Positions 43,201-52,867 of a stretch of DNA of 64,000 nucleotides are shown piece after piece (positions within the stretch are counted from its first letter, which is position 1; each line of letters begins with the position of its first letter). The stretch is taken from contig JBAZXC010000002.1 in assembly GCA_041660065.1 (NCBI GenBank), positions 240,768 to 304,767 on the forward strand. The letters are read 5' to 3'. The translations under genes were made by a program, and so were the position numbers. This stretch comes from Parcubacteria group bacterium (GTDB taxonomy: Bacteria; Patescibacteriota; Minisyncoccia; Moranbacterales; GCA-2747515). Below the pieces are notes generated by a model, which ran no database searches, had not been told where the DNA came from, and worked only from the letters and a program-made list of their open reading frames with translations.

Positions 43201-44160
43201 TCAATATTTTTGATTCTTTGCTTTCATGAGATCGTCATAATTGTCATATTCCGGACCTGCACTACTAGAAGCATTTCCATATTCATCATCGTATTGATTT
43301 TGAAATGCATCATTATTCTTGTCCATAGAATCTTGTGCCTCAGACAATCCGTTATTTATCACATTTGTGATAAGCTCTACTGCAAATGACTGGATCAACT
43401 CAGAAAAAACATTGCTATCCCCATTGGCCAACGCGTCAAGAGGAAGTGTGACTTGTTGTTTTTGAATTTCTTCCACAACAGAGTTTGGTAACTCCACATC
43501 ACCATTATCATCATATTGTGGCAATGTTCCCGGGCTTGTTGCCGTAAGCTTTGCTACATCTTGTTCTTGCTGATATTTTGCTACCATTGCCTTATCCATC
43601 TCTTGCTTTAACCCTATAGGCGTGTTGACAGGATTAGCCATAATCGCATCAAAACAGAGGTAATTACCATCTGCAAATAATTCACTGGTACTACTGCAAT
43701 ACTCATCATAATCAGCTTTCATTTCATTTTTTCCATTCCAATCATCCAAAACACTGTCACCAGCATCTTGCAAGGAAGATCCCAGATCACCTCCGTCGCT
43801 GGAAGACGTATAATCACTTGAACCTCCTTTGCCACCTGTTGTCGATGTAAGCCAATCCTCTCCGTATGCCACCGTTTTGTCCTGTGGTCCCTGCACTAAA
43901 AAATCATCAAAATTTTTAATATTGCGCGGAGAAGAGTCTCCTCCATACAGCGAACTTTCGATGCTCGATGTTGCTTGTTCAATTGCGGCCATCTTTGCCG
44001 CTGCAGCAATCGCCTTTTGAATCTCATCATAAATTTCTTCTAGCATTTCTTTCATGCCGGCCGCTCCAAAGTTGGATCCCCACATATCCGCACGCGCATA
44101 TGAAAATGGCATCATGGTCATGAGAAGCATTAGACTTAATACACAAATCTTTTTGTACAT
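43201..44160 (-). CDS. Secreted acidic hypothetical protein
   Basis: Signal peptide ending in ARA; D/S-rich. Confidence 0.8.
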   Translation of the reverse strand: MYKKICVLSLMLLMTMMPFSYARADMWGSNFGAAGMKEMLEEIYDEIQKAIAAAAKMAAIEQATSSIESSLYGGDSSPRNIKNFDDFLVQGPQDKTVAYGEDWLTSTTGGKGGSSDYTSSSDGGDLGSSLQDAGDSVLDDWNGKNEMKADYDEYCSSTSELFADGNYLCFDAIMANPVNTPIGLKQEMDKAMVAKYQQEQDVAKLTATSPGTLPQYDDNGDVELPNSVVEEIQKQQVTLPLDALANGDSNVFSELIQSFAVELITNVINNGLSEAQDSMDKNNDAFQNQYDDEYGNASSSAGPEYDNYDDLMKAKNQKY

Positions 44161-44167
44161 ATTTGTT

Positions 44168-45142
44168 TTATAGTTTTAAAAATGTGTCTTCGATACCATA
44201 CTTCTGCAACTTTTCCGTAACTTTTGTCTGAAAATCCGACGATTTTTCTATAAGTCCCTGCGCTTGCGCAAGTGTAGCGATCATCGGCGTGATGTCTGTG
44301 GAAGATTTTTTATAACTACCGTCTTGATAAAGAGTTTCCATGTACCGCAAAAGATATATGCCCTGTGTATGAATCTCAAGCATTTCTTCCGGAACCTCTA
44401 CTTCATTCATTTGTTTTTCTGCAGCAATGGCATTTTCTGCCATTGATTCAAAAAATGCATAACTCGTCAGCGATCCGGAAAAATTATTCATATTTTTCAT
44501 CACCTCCGCTTGAAATGTTTCCGGTGATCGATCAAAAAATCCATTTGGAAAATTGGAAATGAAGACATACGACACCGCCGTGAAGTATTCAATCGCATCT
44601 TGCTTCATTTGTTCTTCCTTTTCTCGTTTGGAAAGATCGTCGTAATCCTGATTTTTAACTGTAAACTCACTGATGTCAATCGGTGGCACATCAGTAAAAA
44701 CCACCTCTTCATTAACTGCATTTGCCATGACCTTTGAAAAATCCTCTGACGTTATTTCCTTATCCCCGGACTCCTGCGCATCAGCAAGATATGAAACGAC
44801 ATTTTCTGCAACCTTTTGCGTTACATTGTTTGTTTGAGATTGTGTTGCCACAATTTGTTTGGGTGCATCAGCTTGCACAATACGATCACCCGGCGCGGGC
44901 ACAAGCGGATTATAACCACTCTCAATCTCCACTCCGTCAGAATATCCGTCATGATCCGTATCAGAGTTTGTTGGATCAGTACCATAAGAACTTTCTTCTC
45001 CATTACTCACCCCGTCGCGATCAAAATCATCAAACAGAGTCAGGTTTGTATCATCGGCAAAACTAAAAAACGAAAACGCTCCCAGCAATAGAACAACGAA
45101 TACTACAAGAGTGAGCCCATTATAAGAATATTTACCTTTCAC
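44168..45142 (-). CDS. Secreted protein with DxDxDG calcium-binding repeats
   Basis: DFDRDGVSNGEE...DTDHDGYSDGVE after a signal/TM segment. Confidence 0.8.
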   Translation of the reverse strand: MKGKYSYNGLTLVVFVVLLLGAFSFFSFADDTNLTLFDDFDRDGVSNGEESSYGTDPTNSDTDHDGYSDGVEIESGYNPLVPAPGDRIVQADAPKQIVATQSQTNNVTQKVAENVVSYLADAQESGDKEITSEDFSKVMANAVNEEVVFTDVPPIDISEFTVKNQDYDDLSKREKEEQMKQDAIEYFTAVSYVFISNFPNGFFDRSPETFQAEVMKNMNNFSGSLTSYAFFESMAENAIAAEKQMNEVEVPEEMLEIHTQGIYLLRYMETLYQDGSYKKSSTDITPMIATLAQAQGLIEKSSDFQTKVTEKLQKYGIEDTFLKL

Positions 45143-45382
45143 AATATTTCTTTTAATTTTATATCACAATTATACCACACTTTTTTTTCTTAGAAAACCA
45201 ACTAAAATTCTTTCTTTTATAAATTTGTATTCATATCACAAGGATTTTTTCAAAATCATTCGTTTTTTTATAAAACCCGCGAAAAAGATTGATTTAATCT
45301 TATTTTTGTGCTATAATTTAGACGTAAGGGTGAGCAATTGATCTCCAACGATCAGATGCTCATTTTTTGTTTTATCGTTTCA

Positions 45383-46594
45383 ATGAAAACACGCTATTTT
45401 ATCATAAAAGATACTTTCAAAAAGCATTTGCACAAAATGACATATTTTAATCGACGTAAAATTGCATTTATTGGACTTCTCTTCATTCCGATTACATCCG
45501 CGAGTACTAGCTTGAATATGTATATTGATAATACAAAACATATCACACAAAAACCAACAGTCATCAACGATACAATTATCAACCTTGATGAGCACATCCA
45601 CGTTTCTTTTGCAGAAACGATCATTGATCCGACTATTTACGAACGATCCGTCTCTGTAACACCATCGGAAAAACTCATATATCTGTGGAAAGATGACCAT
45701 CGCTCTGTTGATATAATTCCACAATCATTATGGGATCCAGACACATCATATTCCCTTGCATTTTCATCTGATAATTATCGTTCCTCAAATGGTTTGTCAT
45801 ATATTTTTTCTTTTAAAACTGCACAATACCCACAAATTATCGCGGAAAAAATACCCTCCTCTGATCGCTATGTTCCACAAGGAGAAGAGATCATTTTAAC
45901 TTTTGATCGTTCACTTCAAAATATTGATTTACAGGCTGTTGTGCGTCCCTTTATACAAACAGAACAGTTTATCGACAAAGAAAATAATGAACTTCATATA
46001 CGCATCACGGGAGAACCTGATGGATCACTCAGTGAACACAATCTCACACTTTTTGCCAAATATTCCACGGATGATTCGATGCGTTTTTTTCCTATTGATT
46101 CTATACAATTCAATGCGATATTACCCACGCCAAATGTCTGGCCAAAAGCTTTTGCTGAGCGACTTGATATTGCCCGTCGGTCAACAATGCCCCTCATAAA
46201 AGAAAGCAAGTACATTGACGTTAATCTCGATGCCCAAGTTACAACATTGTTTGACCATGGTGCTTTTGTCACAAATTTTGTAAATTCCCCCGGCGCAAAA
46301 GACACACCCACACCAAAAGGCACATACAAGATCTATAATAAAGATCCTTACGCTTTATCGAGCATGTTCCAGGTTTACCTTCCTTTTTGGATGGCATTTA
46401 CAGAAGATGGGGAATATGGTTTTCATGACCTCATCGTATGGCCGGAGGGTCATGCAGATATGCCACAGGGCGGCAAAGAAAGCATTGCGAGCATTGGCAA
46501 TGCCGTTTCCCCCGGCTGCGTACGTCACGATGCCAAAAACTCCAAATATATCTACAATTGGGCAGAAATTGGAACGCCTGTAGTTATCCATTAA
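45383..46594 (+). CDS. L,D-transpeptidase family protein
   Basis: TPKGTY and YGFH...VSPGCVR catalytic motif; Ig-like N-terminal part. Confidence 0.88.
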   Translation: MKTRYFIIKDTFKKHLHKMTYFNRRKIAFIGLLFIPITSASTSLNMYIDNTKHITQKPTVINDTIINLDEHIHVSFAETIIDPTIYERSVSVTPSEKLIYLWKDDHRSVDIIPQSLWDPDTSYSLAFSSDNYRSSNGLSYIFSFKTAQYPQIIAEKIPSSDRYVPQGEEIILTFDRSLQNIDLQAVVRPFIQTEQFIDKENNELHIRITGEPDGSLSEHNLTLFAKYSTDDSMRFFPIDSIQFNAILPTPNVWPKAFAERLDIARRSTMPLIKESKYIDVNLDAQVTTLFDHGAFVTNFVNSPGAKDTPTPKGTYKIYNKDPYALSSMFQVYLPFWMAFTEDGEYGFHDLIVWPEGHADMPQGGKESIASIGNAVSPGCVRHDAKNSKYIYNWAEIGTPVVIH

Positions 46595-46637
46595 AAACAT
46601 CAAAAAACACTTCTCGGCATGAGAAGTGTTTTTGATT

Positions 46638-47558
46638 TTATGCGATTGATGCAAATGTTTCTTTTAACACTTCCGCCGTATGTTGCAAGTTTTTTTGCTC
46701 CTCTTCATTTAATTCTATACATAAGCGTCCTTCTATGCCATTACAACCCACAACTGCCGGCATACTGAGACACACATCATCAATACCATACGCACCTTCT
46801 ATTGCATGTGATACGGGAAGAACAGACTTTTTATCATGTACGATCGTTTGAACGAGGTGTGCACAACCAGCGCCAATTGCATAATATGTTGATTGTTTCC
46901 CCGCAATGATCGTATATGCCGCATTTTTTGCCTCTTCAAAAATTTTTGTTTTATCATCATCATTGAGACGATTGCAAGTCCCCAGTTTCATGTTGCCAAT
47001 CGATGCCATACTCCAAACAGGAAACTCGCTGTCTCCATGCTCGCCAAGAATATATGCATGAATACTTTTTGGATCGATATCCATCTTTAAGCCGATAAGC
47101 TCGCGAAAACGTGCCGAATCAAGGAGTGTTCCTGTGCCCATGATTCGATCCTTTTTATCGGGAAAGAGTGATATCGCCAGCTTCGTAAGCACATCCACAG
47201 GATTTGTGACCATGACAAGGATTGTGTTGGGATTTTTTTCAAATACTTGTGGCACAATACCTTTGATAATTGCCGCGTTTTTTTGCACGAGATCAAGACG
47301 CGTCTCACCGGGCTTCTGTGCCGCGCCACATGTGATCACCACCACATCACTATCAGCACAATCATCATATGTGCCCACCTTCACATCCGTGCGCCCCACA
47401 AACGGCACAGAATGTTGCAGATCCATCACCTGCGCCTTCACAAGCTCTTCGTTGAGATCCATCAACGCAATTTCTTCCACAATATCCTGTAATACCAAAC
47501 TATACGCCACAGTGGACCCCACCATCCCCGCCCCAATGATCGTCACTTTGTTTTTCAT
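46638..47558 (-). CDS. ldh: L-lactate dehydrogenase
   Basis: IIGAGMVG, AQKPGETRLDL, LGEHGDS. Confidence 0.93.
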   Translation of the reverse strand: MKNKVTIIGAGMVGSTVAYSLVLQDIVEEIALMDLNEELVKAQVMDLQHSVPFVGRTDVKVGTYDDCADSDVVVITCGAAQKPGETRLDLVQKNAAIIKGIVPQVFEKNPNTILVMVTNPVDVLTKLAISLFPDKKDRIMGTGTLLDSARFRELIGLKMDIDPKSIHAYILGEHGDSEFPVWSMASIGNMKLGTCNRLNDDDKTKIFEEAKNAAYTIIAGKQSTYYAIGAGCAHLVQTIVHDKKSVLPVSHAIEGAYGIDDVCLSMPAVVGCNGIEGRLCIELNEEEQKNLQHTAEVLKETFASIA

Positions 47559-47657
47559 ATGTTTTTTATATGTAAATTATTTTTTAATTATACCACATTT
47601 TCCAATTCACTTTATAAAATTAAAAGCAGTAATGTTTCTTACTGCTTTCGATTTTTT

Positions 47658-47819
47658 TCATATTTCCTCCTTTTTCCAGGATTTGTCCTGACGATTATAA
47701 GCTCTTTTACCTTGTGGTGTTCCGTGTGCACCACCACGATGACGCAGGGTTTCCACCGTTTCCGCGTGCAGTTTTACCGGCACACGCTCCAAAACAAACA
47801 CAAGCTTCTTTCTTTTCAT
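47658..47819 (-). CDS. 53-aa basic protein, possibly ArfA-like (below the ORF-track cutoff)
   Basis: AAAGGAG SD; MKRKKLVFVLERVPVKLHAETVETLRHRGGAHGTPQGKRAYNRQDKSWKKEEI; terminator hairpin at ~47623-47648. Confidence 0.6.
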   Translation of the reverse strand: MKRKKLVFVLERVPVKLHAETVETLRHRGGAHGTPQGKRAYNRQDKSWKKEEI

Positions 47820-47953
47820 TTCCTTTCTCCTTTTTTAGTTAGGATAAACAACATTTTCTTGTAAAATTTTTGTCTCACATTTTGAGTCACCTTTTTCATT
47901 GTCAAATGATATTGTGGATCATCATATGGTCGGGGTATATACATTATTTTCAT
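47816..47953 (-). CDS. Possible 45-aa peptide
   Basis: MKIMYIPRPYDDPQ...; its stop overlaps the next start (ATGA); no SD. Confidence 0.3.
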   Translation of the reverse strand: MKIMYIPRPYDDPQYHLTMKKVTQNVRQKFYKKMLFILTKKGERK

Positions 47954-48057
47954 AATTTTACATTAATATTCCCTCTAAGAAACCTCTTGCCAATAAAGTT
48001 TTTTAGAGAGAAGGGATCGCTGTAAATATACAACGATCCCCCTATAGAACATCCAAC

Positions 48058-48348
48058 CTAACTAGCTGGTAAAAACTCCATATTATTGAACTCATCCATA
48101 TTTTTAAAACGAATAAAATATGGATGAAAGTGCCTCGGCATTCTCCGCGGTCCGGCAGGTTGCTGTGCAAAGATAAAATCCTTGCGCTCAGCGACCCTGC
48201 GAATATCGACAAGATAATAGACATTCTCGCGAATTTCATCTGCAGGTACAGATCCTTCTGTTGCTGCAGGAATCACGTGAACGACTTTTCCGTTCACATA
48301 AACCGTCACAACTTTTAGGATCAAATTTACTATCGTAATTTTTTCCAT
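48058..48348 (-). CDS. Small hypothetical protein (array unit)
   Basis: AGGAG SD; followed by a terminator-like hairpin (48013-48040) and R1. Confidence 0.75.
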   Translation of the reverse strand: MEKITIVNLILKVVTVYVNGKVVHVIPAATEGSVPADEIRENVYYLVDIRRVAERKDFIFAQQPAGPRRMPRHFHPYFIRFKNMDEFNNMEFLPAS

Positions 48349-48483
48349 GACGTTCTCCTGTGTTGTATTATTGAACTTAACTGCGTGATATTTTCCCTCT
48401 ACAATATTTCTTTTTTTGTCATTCCGGACTTGATCCGGAATCTTAAAAAAATATTGTAGAGAGAGATGAGAAGGTATAGATTT

Positions 48484-48648
48484 CTACACCTTCTCATCAG
48501 CCACATTCTTTCCCTGTGGCACGGGGACATTGTTCTTCCGGGCTGCAGCACGAATCGCACTGCCCAGAGAAACAGTTAACGGTTTACTCGGCCGGCACGT
48601 ACGCTGGCGGAGCTCCTTTGCCGGGATAAAGCCAACTATTTTTGCCAT
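48484..48648 (-). CDS. 54-aa basic protein (array unit; below the track cutoff)
   Basis: AAAGGAGGT SD; MAKIVGFIPAKELRQRTCRPSKPLTVSLGSAIRAAARKNNVPVPQGKNVADEKV. Confidence 0.65.
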   Translation of the reverse strand: MAKIVGFIPAKELRQRTCRPSKPLTVSLGSAIRAAARKNNVPVPQGKNVADEKV

Positions 48649-48704
48649 TAACCGACCTCCTTTGGTTAAATTTCACACGCACATTATGTAGCGTGTGTAC
48701 TACA

Positions 48705-48780
48705 TTCATCAGCTTTTTTTACGTGGGCTTCCTCCACAGTATACGTCCGTTAATTTTCAAAGCCGGACGGAGGATTTCTC
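48705..48780 (-). ncRNA. Structured RNA motif E, copy 1 (unassigned)
   Basis: 76-nt element present three times; 33 nt invariant; covarying stem. Confidence 0.7.
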
Positions 48781-48783
48781 TCC

Positions 48784-48978
48784 TCAGTCGGGGTTGCATC
48801 TGGGACATGAAACATCATCCCAGAGACTAAACAGACGTCCGCATTCCGCGCAGAGCCTGTCCCCCTCATGCACATATGCCAAGTGATCAACCCACATCTG
48901 CGGGTTATCACTTTTCTTGGCACGAGACAATCGCTGTCGGCGACGTCTCTCCTGAGATTCTATTTTTTTATCTCTCAT
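48784..48978 (-). CDS. Small zinc-ribbon protein
   Basis: GGAGG SD; CAECG...CPRC; translationally coupled to the upstream ORF. Confidence 0.7.
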   Translation of the reverse strand: MRDKKIESQERRRRQRLSRAKKSDNPQMWVDHLAYVHEGDRLCAECGRLFSLWDDVSCPRCNPD

Positions 48979-49303
48979 GATCCACCTCCTCAGGTGTTGA
49001 GATAGAACCGGGGTGAAAAGTGCCGCGTTTCCCTTTCACGGAAACATGCCCATCCATCGTTATCGAACCAACGATTGATGGCGTCTTTTCACCTCTCACA
49101 TAACAGATGCTTCCAGGAGCAATTCCTCTCGCCTTAATCTCAGCGAGACGATTATCGATCACCTGCTGATGAATGATTTTCCCGATTTGTCGGTACAACG
49201 AAAATCGTACCGCGATCGGTATGGCATCAGGATTGAGATGGGGATAATGACTTATTACCACCTTCCGATACCACTCATTTTTCATGACAAAAGTTTTTCC
49301 CAT
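48968..49303 (-). CDS. Small hypothetical protein (array unit)
   Basis: GGAGGAG SD before ATG 49303. Confidence 0.72.
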   Translation of the reverse strand: MGKTFVMKNEWYRKVVISHYPHLNPDAIPIAVRFSLYRQIGKIIHQQVIDNRLAEIKARGIAPGSICYVRGEKTPSIVGSITMDGHVSVKGKRGTFHPGSISTPEEVDHER

Positions 49304-49412
49304 GATCACTCCTCCGTATTTGATTTTTTTGGTTTTTTCCCTCTAACATTCCACAAATCCAAATTTATGAAATTTTAGAGAAAGGAGATGGTTTTCATTA
49401 AAAACCATCTCC

Positions 49413-49742
49413 ACGTCGTGCATTTGCTCGGGGACGATGATGTGTCGTTTTTCCCTCCGCTTGAATATCTTCTTCTTGAAGATTTTTTTCCTACGAGGCG
49501 CACATACCCCGCGATCCTTCCCATTGTTTTGGGATTGCGAGTGGAAGCTCGCTACTTCAGAAGGCCGGATTAGCCATATTGCTTCTTTGGGTTATGAGGA
49601 GAGTGCTCTCATAATTTACCCCAAAGCCTTACACCGGAGGAACATCATCGCCCCCGTTTCCCTTTTTCAACTGCATCCGGCCAAGATGTCAGTGAAGTGA
49701 GCTTCCAACTCACGATACCGGCATCTCAGGGATGTGATGCCA
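49413..49742 (-). ncRNA. Putative large structured ncRNA (array unit)
   Basis: No credible ORF. A 15-bp long-range stem (49429-49443 with 49642-49656) and an 8-bp stem (49452-49459 with 49635-49642) enclose several hairpins. Confidence 0.6.
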
Positions 49743-49914
49743 CTCTCTCTGTCATTTCACAAAAATTATGCGCAATGACAGAGAGAGATGAATTGATCTT
49801 TAGCTCGAATTTCTTTTCATATGCCACCCATGGTTGTTTTTGCAAGAGAATTATTTCCCTCTAATATATTACGAATTATCATGAGATATTAGAGGGGAAT
49901 AATTATTTTTTGAA

Positions 49915-50484
49915 TCAAGTGTGACAATCGATAAATAATATGAAACAATCAAGAGGATATGATTTCAATATTTTTTGAAACCTTTTTTTCCATATCTCAA
50001 ATTCTTTTTCGTTACTTTCACCCACGCGTATAAAATATTGGTCACTTGTAATCATTTTACAATCTGGAGTAAAAATAGCATGTTCAACAAATTCTTCATT
50101 CTTGAGCACATCTTCAATCATACAAACATCATAAACATTCCAATAATCAAACATTCCATGAGGATTTTTATCACGCATAACATAATATCTGCCATTTTCA
50201 ATGCCACTGGATAGATCACAATTCCAATTCTTTATTTTTTCCAAAATTGATTTTTTATTGTTTATATCCGTACTCCCATTCTTCAATATTCTGTCAACCT
50301 CATCCTGAGCATAATAAACCTTATATGGCTTCACCTTTTTGTCTATATCATAATGATTAAGAGGTTTAAAAAGCTTTCCTGTAAAATAATTCATAAAATT
50401 ATACTTGTCATTTTCTATTTTATTTTTTACATCCTCTCTGAGACTAAATTCAAATGGTATTACGGCAACAATTGTATAATGCAT
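49915..50484 (-). CDS. Hypothetical protein, very AT-rich (array unit)
   Basis: 189 aa; NPHGMFDYW and C-terminal IDCH motifs; lies between R5 and R6. Confidence 0.8.
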   Translation of the reverse strand: MHYTIVAVIPFEFSLREDVKNKIENDKYNFMNYFTGKLFKPLNHYDIDKKVKPYKVYYAQDEVDRILKNGSTDINNKKSILEKIKNWNCDLSSGIENGRYYVMRDKNPHGMFDYWNVYDVCMIEDVLKNEEFVEHAIFTPDCKMITSDQYFIRVGESNEKEFEIWKKRFQKILKSYPLDCFILFIDCHT

Positions 50485-51125
50485 ATTTTTGTCAAAATCT
50501 ATAAACGTAATTACACTATTATTCCTCTAATATCTTACAAAAATATTTTATAAAATATGAGAGAAAAGCGAAGTTTTCTCGTTGAAATAATGATCCTATT
50601 TTATCCAATCCATAGAAACAAAGATTGGACAAAAAAAATAGCGCGTTTCGTGTCACACCTGGCAGCAAATGGTCAGACACGATTGGTGTTTGGAAGAATC
50701 AATATTCTTCCGCGAGGAGAAGTGACTGCCAGATCACACTACCTCTTACACTACAACTTGCACGAGAGTCATTAGATACTCTGCGATTGCTTGTTGCTTT
50801 TGCTTGATTTTGGTATTCTTTTACCAAAATGTTCGCAAGGGATCTCCGTATGTGGAGCGCTACCTCCCACCGACCCCCGGTATTAGCATCATTCATATAT
50901 CGAAAGATACTAATATCGAATGTCGACAGAATATAAATTATTAATGTGTGTATATTTTTCCTCAAATAATTTCAAATAATATTTTAGAAATTAGAGAAAA
51001 GCGAAGTTTTCTCGTTGAAATTTTACAGGATGTGTTGATCCCAACCTTGTTTTTTGCCCGGAATTGTGACAAGGATGTTCCCGTTTGTTTTTCATCGGCT
51101 TGGCGGGAGTCCGATTACGCTTGCG

Positions 51126-51440
51126 TTACTCTGCAGGCTTGGGGATGGCTTTCTTCCCCTTGGCAGGCCCGGTACGACCACTCAGGCTTTTGCCAAACTT
51201 CTCCAAAAACGGTTGATATTGCATCCGCTCTTGGTTCCGCTTGGCCGCCTCAGCTTCGGATTGTTCTAGCCCATAAAAAGGCACGAACTTTCCTTCAGCT
51301 TTTGCCTGCCTGGCGAGCTGTGCCCGACACTTCAGGCACACCGGAGTGGTCACCCACACCCCCTTCTCCTTGCGGAGGGCGAGAGAATGATTGACTGCGG
51401 TGCCATTACCAGCGTGTACTGCACAATAATCTTTTCCCAT
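51126..51440 (-). CDS. Small Cys/His protein (array unit)
   Basis: GGAGGTGA SD; YCAVH...CLKC. Confidence 0.75.
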   Translation of the reverse strand: MGKDYCAVHAGNGTAVNHSLALRKEKGVWVTTPVCLKCRAQLARQAKAEGKFVPFYGLEQSEAEAAKRNQERMQYQPFLEKFGKSLSGRTGPAKGKKAIPKPAE

Positions 51441-51535
51441 AAGTCACCTCCGTGAAAATGGATTGATCTTGGATGGTTTTTTCGACACTATGCCGAATTT
51501 ATGTCGGTCATCCATACATACCCCGACAGAAATAT

Positions 51536-51611
51536 TTCATCAGCTTTTTTTACGTGGGCTTCCTCCACTTTTAGGTCGGTTAAATATTCAAAACCCGACC
51601 GAGGATTTCTC
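51536..51611 (-). ncRNA. Structured RNA motif E, copy 2
   Basis: Stem GGTCGG/CCGACC replaces CGTCCG/CGGACG of copies 1 and 3. Confidence 0.7.
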
Positions 51612-51803
51612 CCTCTAAAATATTTCTTATGGATTCCCGATCAGGTCGGGAATGACAGGTAAAAAATATTTTAGAGAGAGGAAATATGACATTGCATTAT
51701 TTCCTACTTCTTGTGACATGTGACCGCTTTGTCTGAGCGTTCTGGAGCTTCCCCAGAATATTATTTGTCAGTTTTTACACCCTCATGACATGGAGGGTTT
51801 ACC

Positions 51804-52013
51804 TCATGGAAAAAGGTCGAGGATCGCGATGACTACCTCATCCCGATTATGGGTCATACAAAAATGCTCACGACCCAAACCGTTGATGTAGTACGTTCTC
51901 GAACGAATTCCTTTCCGCAGACCCTTACCACAAAAGAGACAGGAATGATCCTTGCGGTTTCTGACGATCTGGGCATTCATAGCGCCCTTGACTACGTTAG
52001 GAACTCTCCTCAT
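51804..52013 (-). CDS. Small zinc-finger-like protein (array unit)
   Basis: AAGGAGG SD; CLFC...HFCMTH. Confidence 0.7.
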   Translation of the reverse strand: MRRVPNVVKGAMNAQIVRNRKDHSCLFCGKGLRKGIRSRTYYINGLGREHFCMTHNRDEVVIAILDLFP

Positions 52014-52189
52014 AGACCCTCCTTGTTATTGATCTGTATTTGTTTAAAATCTCTCTAATACTTCACAAAGGTTTATTTTGAGCATATTGAGACACAAAAA
52101 AACTTCGCAAGAAAATTTATGTCCTTTAGGCTAAATATATTTACTATTTAGATAGCCCGATCTCAACCTTTGCGAAGTTTTAGAGAGAG

Positions 52190-52687
52190 GAAAGCGTGTG
52201 AGATTTTTTAAAAAAATTCTCACTTAAGCGTTGGCTTTCCGGGCAACGGTAATATTAAACTTCTCATCTGTGCAATCAGACAAGAAGCACATTGCAAAAC
52301 GTCGATAACGTTTTGCAATGCCCACAGAGTTTCTTAGTCATCTGTGGGTAGTGTGTGAAAAAATAGTGAACTAGATTGATCATGATAACCGAGTTTGCTA
52401 TAACTTCACTTTAGTTTGATTTTAAGGCACGTTTCTTGTGCCAAGGGAGACCATCTCCCTCATCAAACAGCCCGCCTGCCCCATATCAACGGTTCTTGGT
52501 ATAAACCAACCATCTCTAAGAAAGATGGAGGAGTTTGGCTCTGCACGCCTACACACTGCGCTCCGCACGCCTTTATAAATAGGTTATATACAACCTATCA
52601 CTCGTGTGTATTATCCCAATGCTATAAAGCGACAGGGATTATTAATCGCGTCTTGCTATTACACAAGGAATTCATATTTTTGGGTAT
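52190..52687 (-). ncRNA. Putative hairpin-dense ncRNA (array unit)
   Basis: About 500 nt between R9 and R10 with no sense-strand ORF in the track and many consecutive hairpins. Confidence 0.45.
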
Positions 52688-52771
52688 TTCCCTCTAATAT
52701 CTCACAAAATATTATATGAGATCTTAGAGAGAAGAGATATTGATATGATAAATAATATCTCTACAACGAGT

Positions 52772-52847
52772 TTCATCAGCTTTTTTTACGTGGGCTTCCT
52801 CCACAGTATACGTCCGTTAAACATTAAAGCCGGACGGCGGATTTCTC
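52772..52847 (-). ncRNA. Structured RNA motif E, copy 3
   Basis: Near-identical to copy 1; followed directly by a terminator-like hairpin and R10. Confidence 0.7.
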
Positions 52848-52867
52848 CCCGCGGGTTGATACTATAA

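Noticed and set aside
48705-48780. Motif E as a hammerhead ribozyme or fluoride riboswitch
   Set aside because: It contains GAAA and CUGAUGA, but stem II and the stem III/UH junction cannot be formed. The 5' GGNGAUGG...UUC signature of the fluoride riboswitch is absent.
50699-50965. 88-aa ORF in the array
   Set aside because: It starts inside repeat R7, has no SD and overlaps stem-rich sequence.
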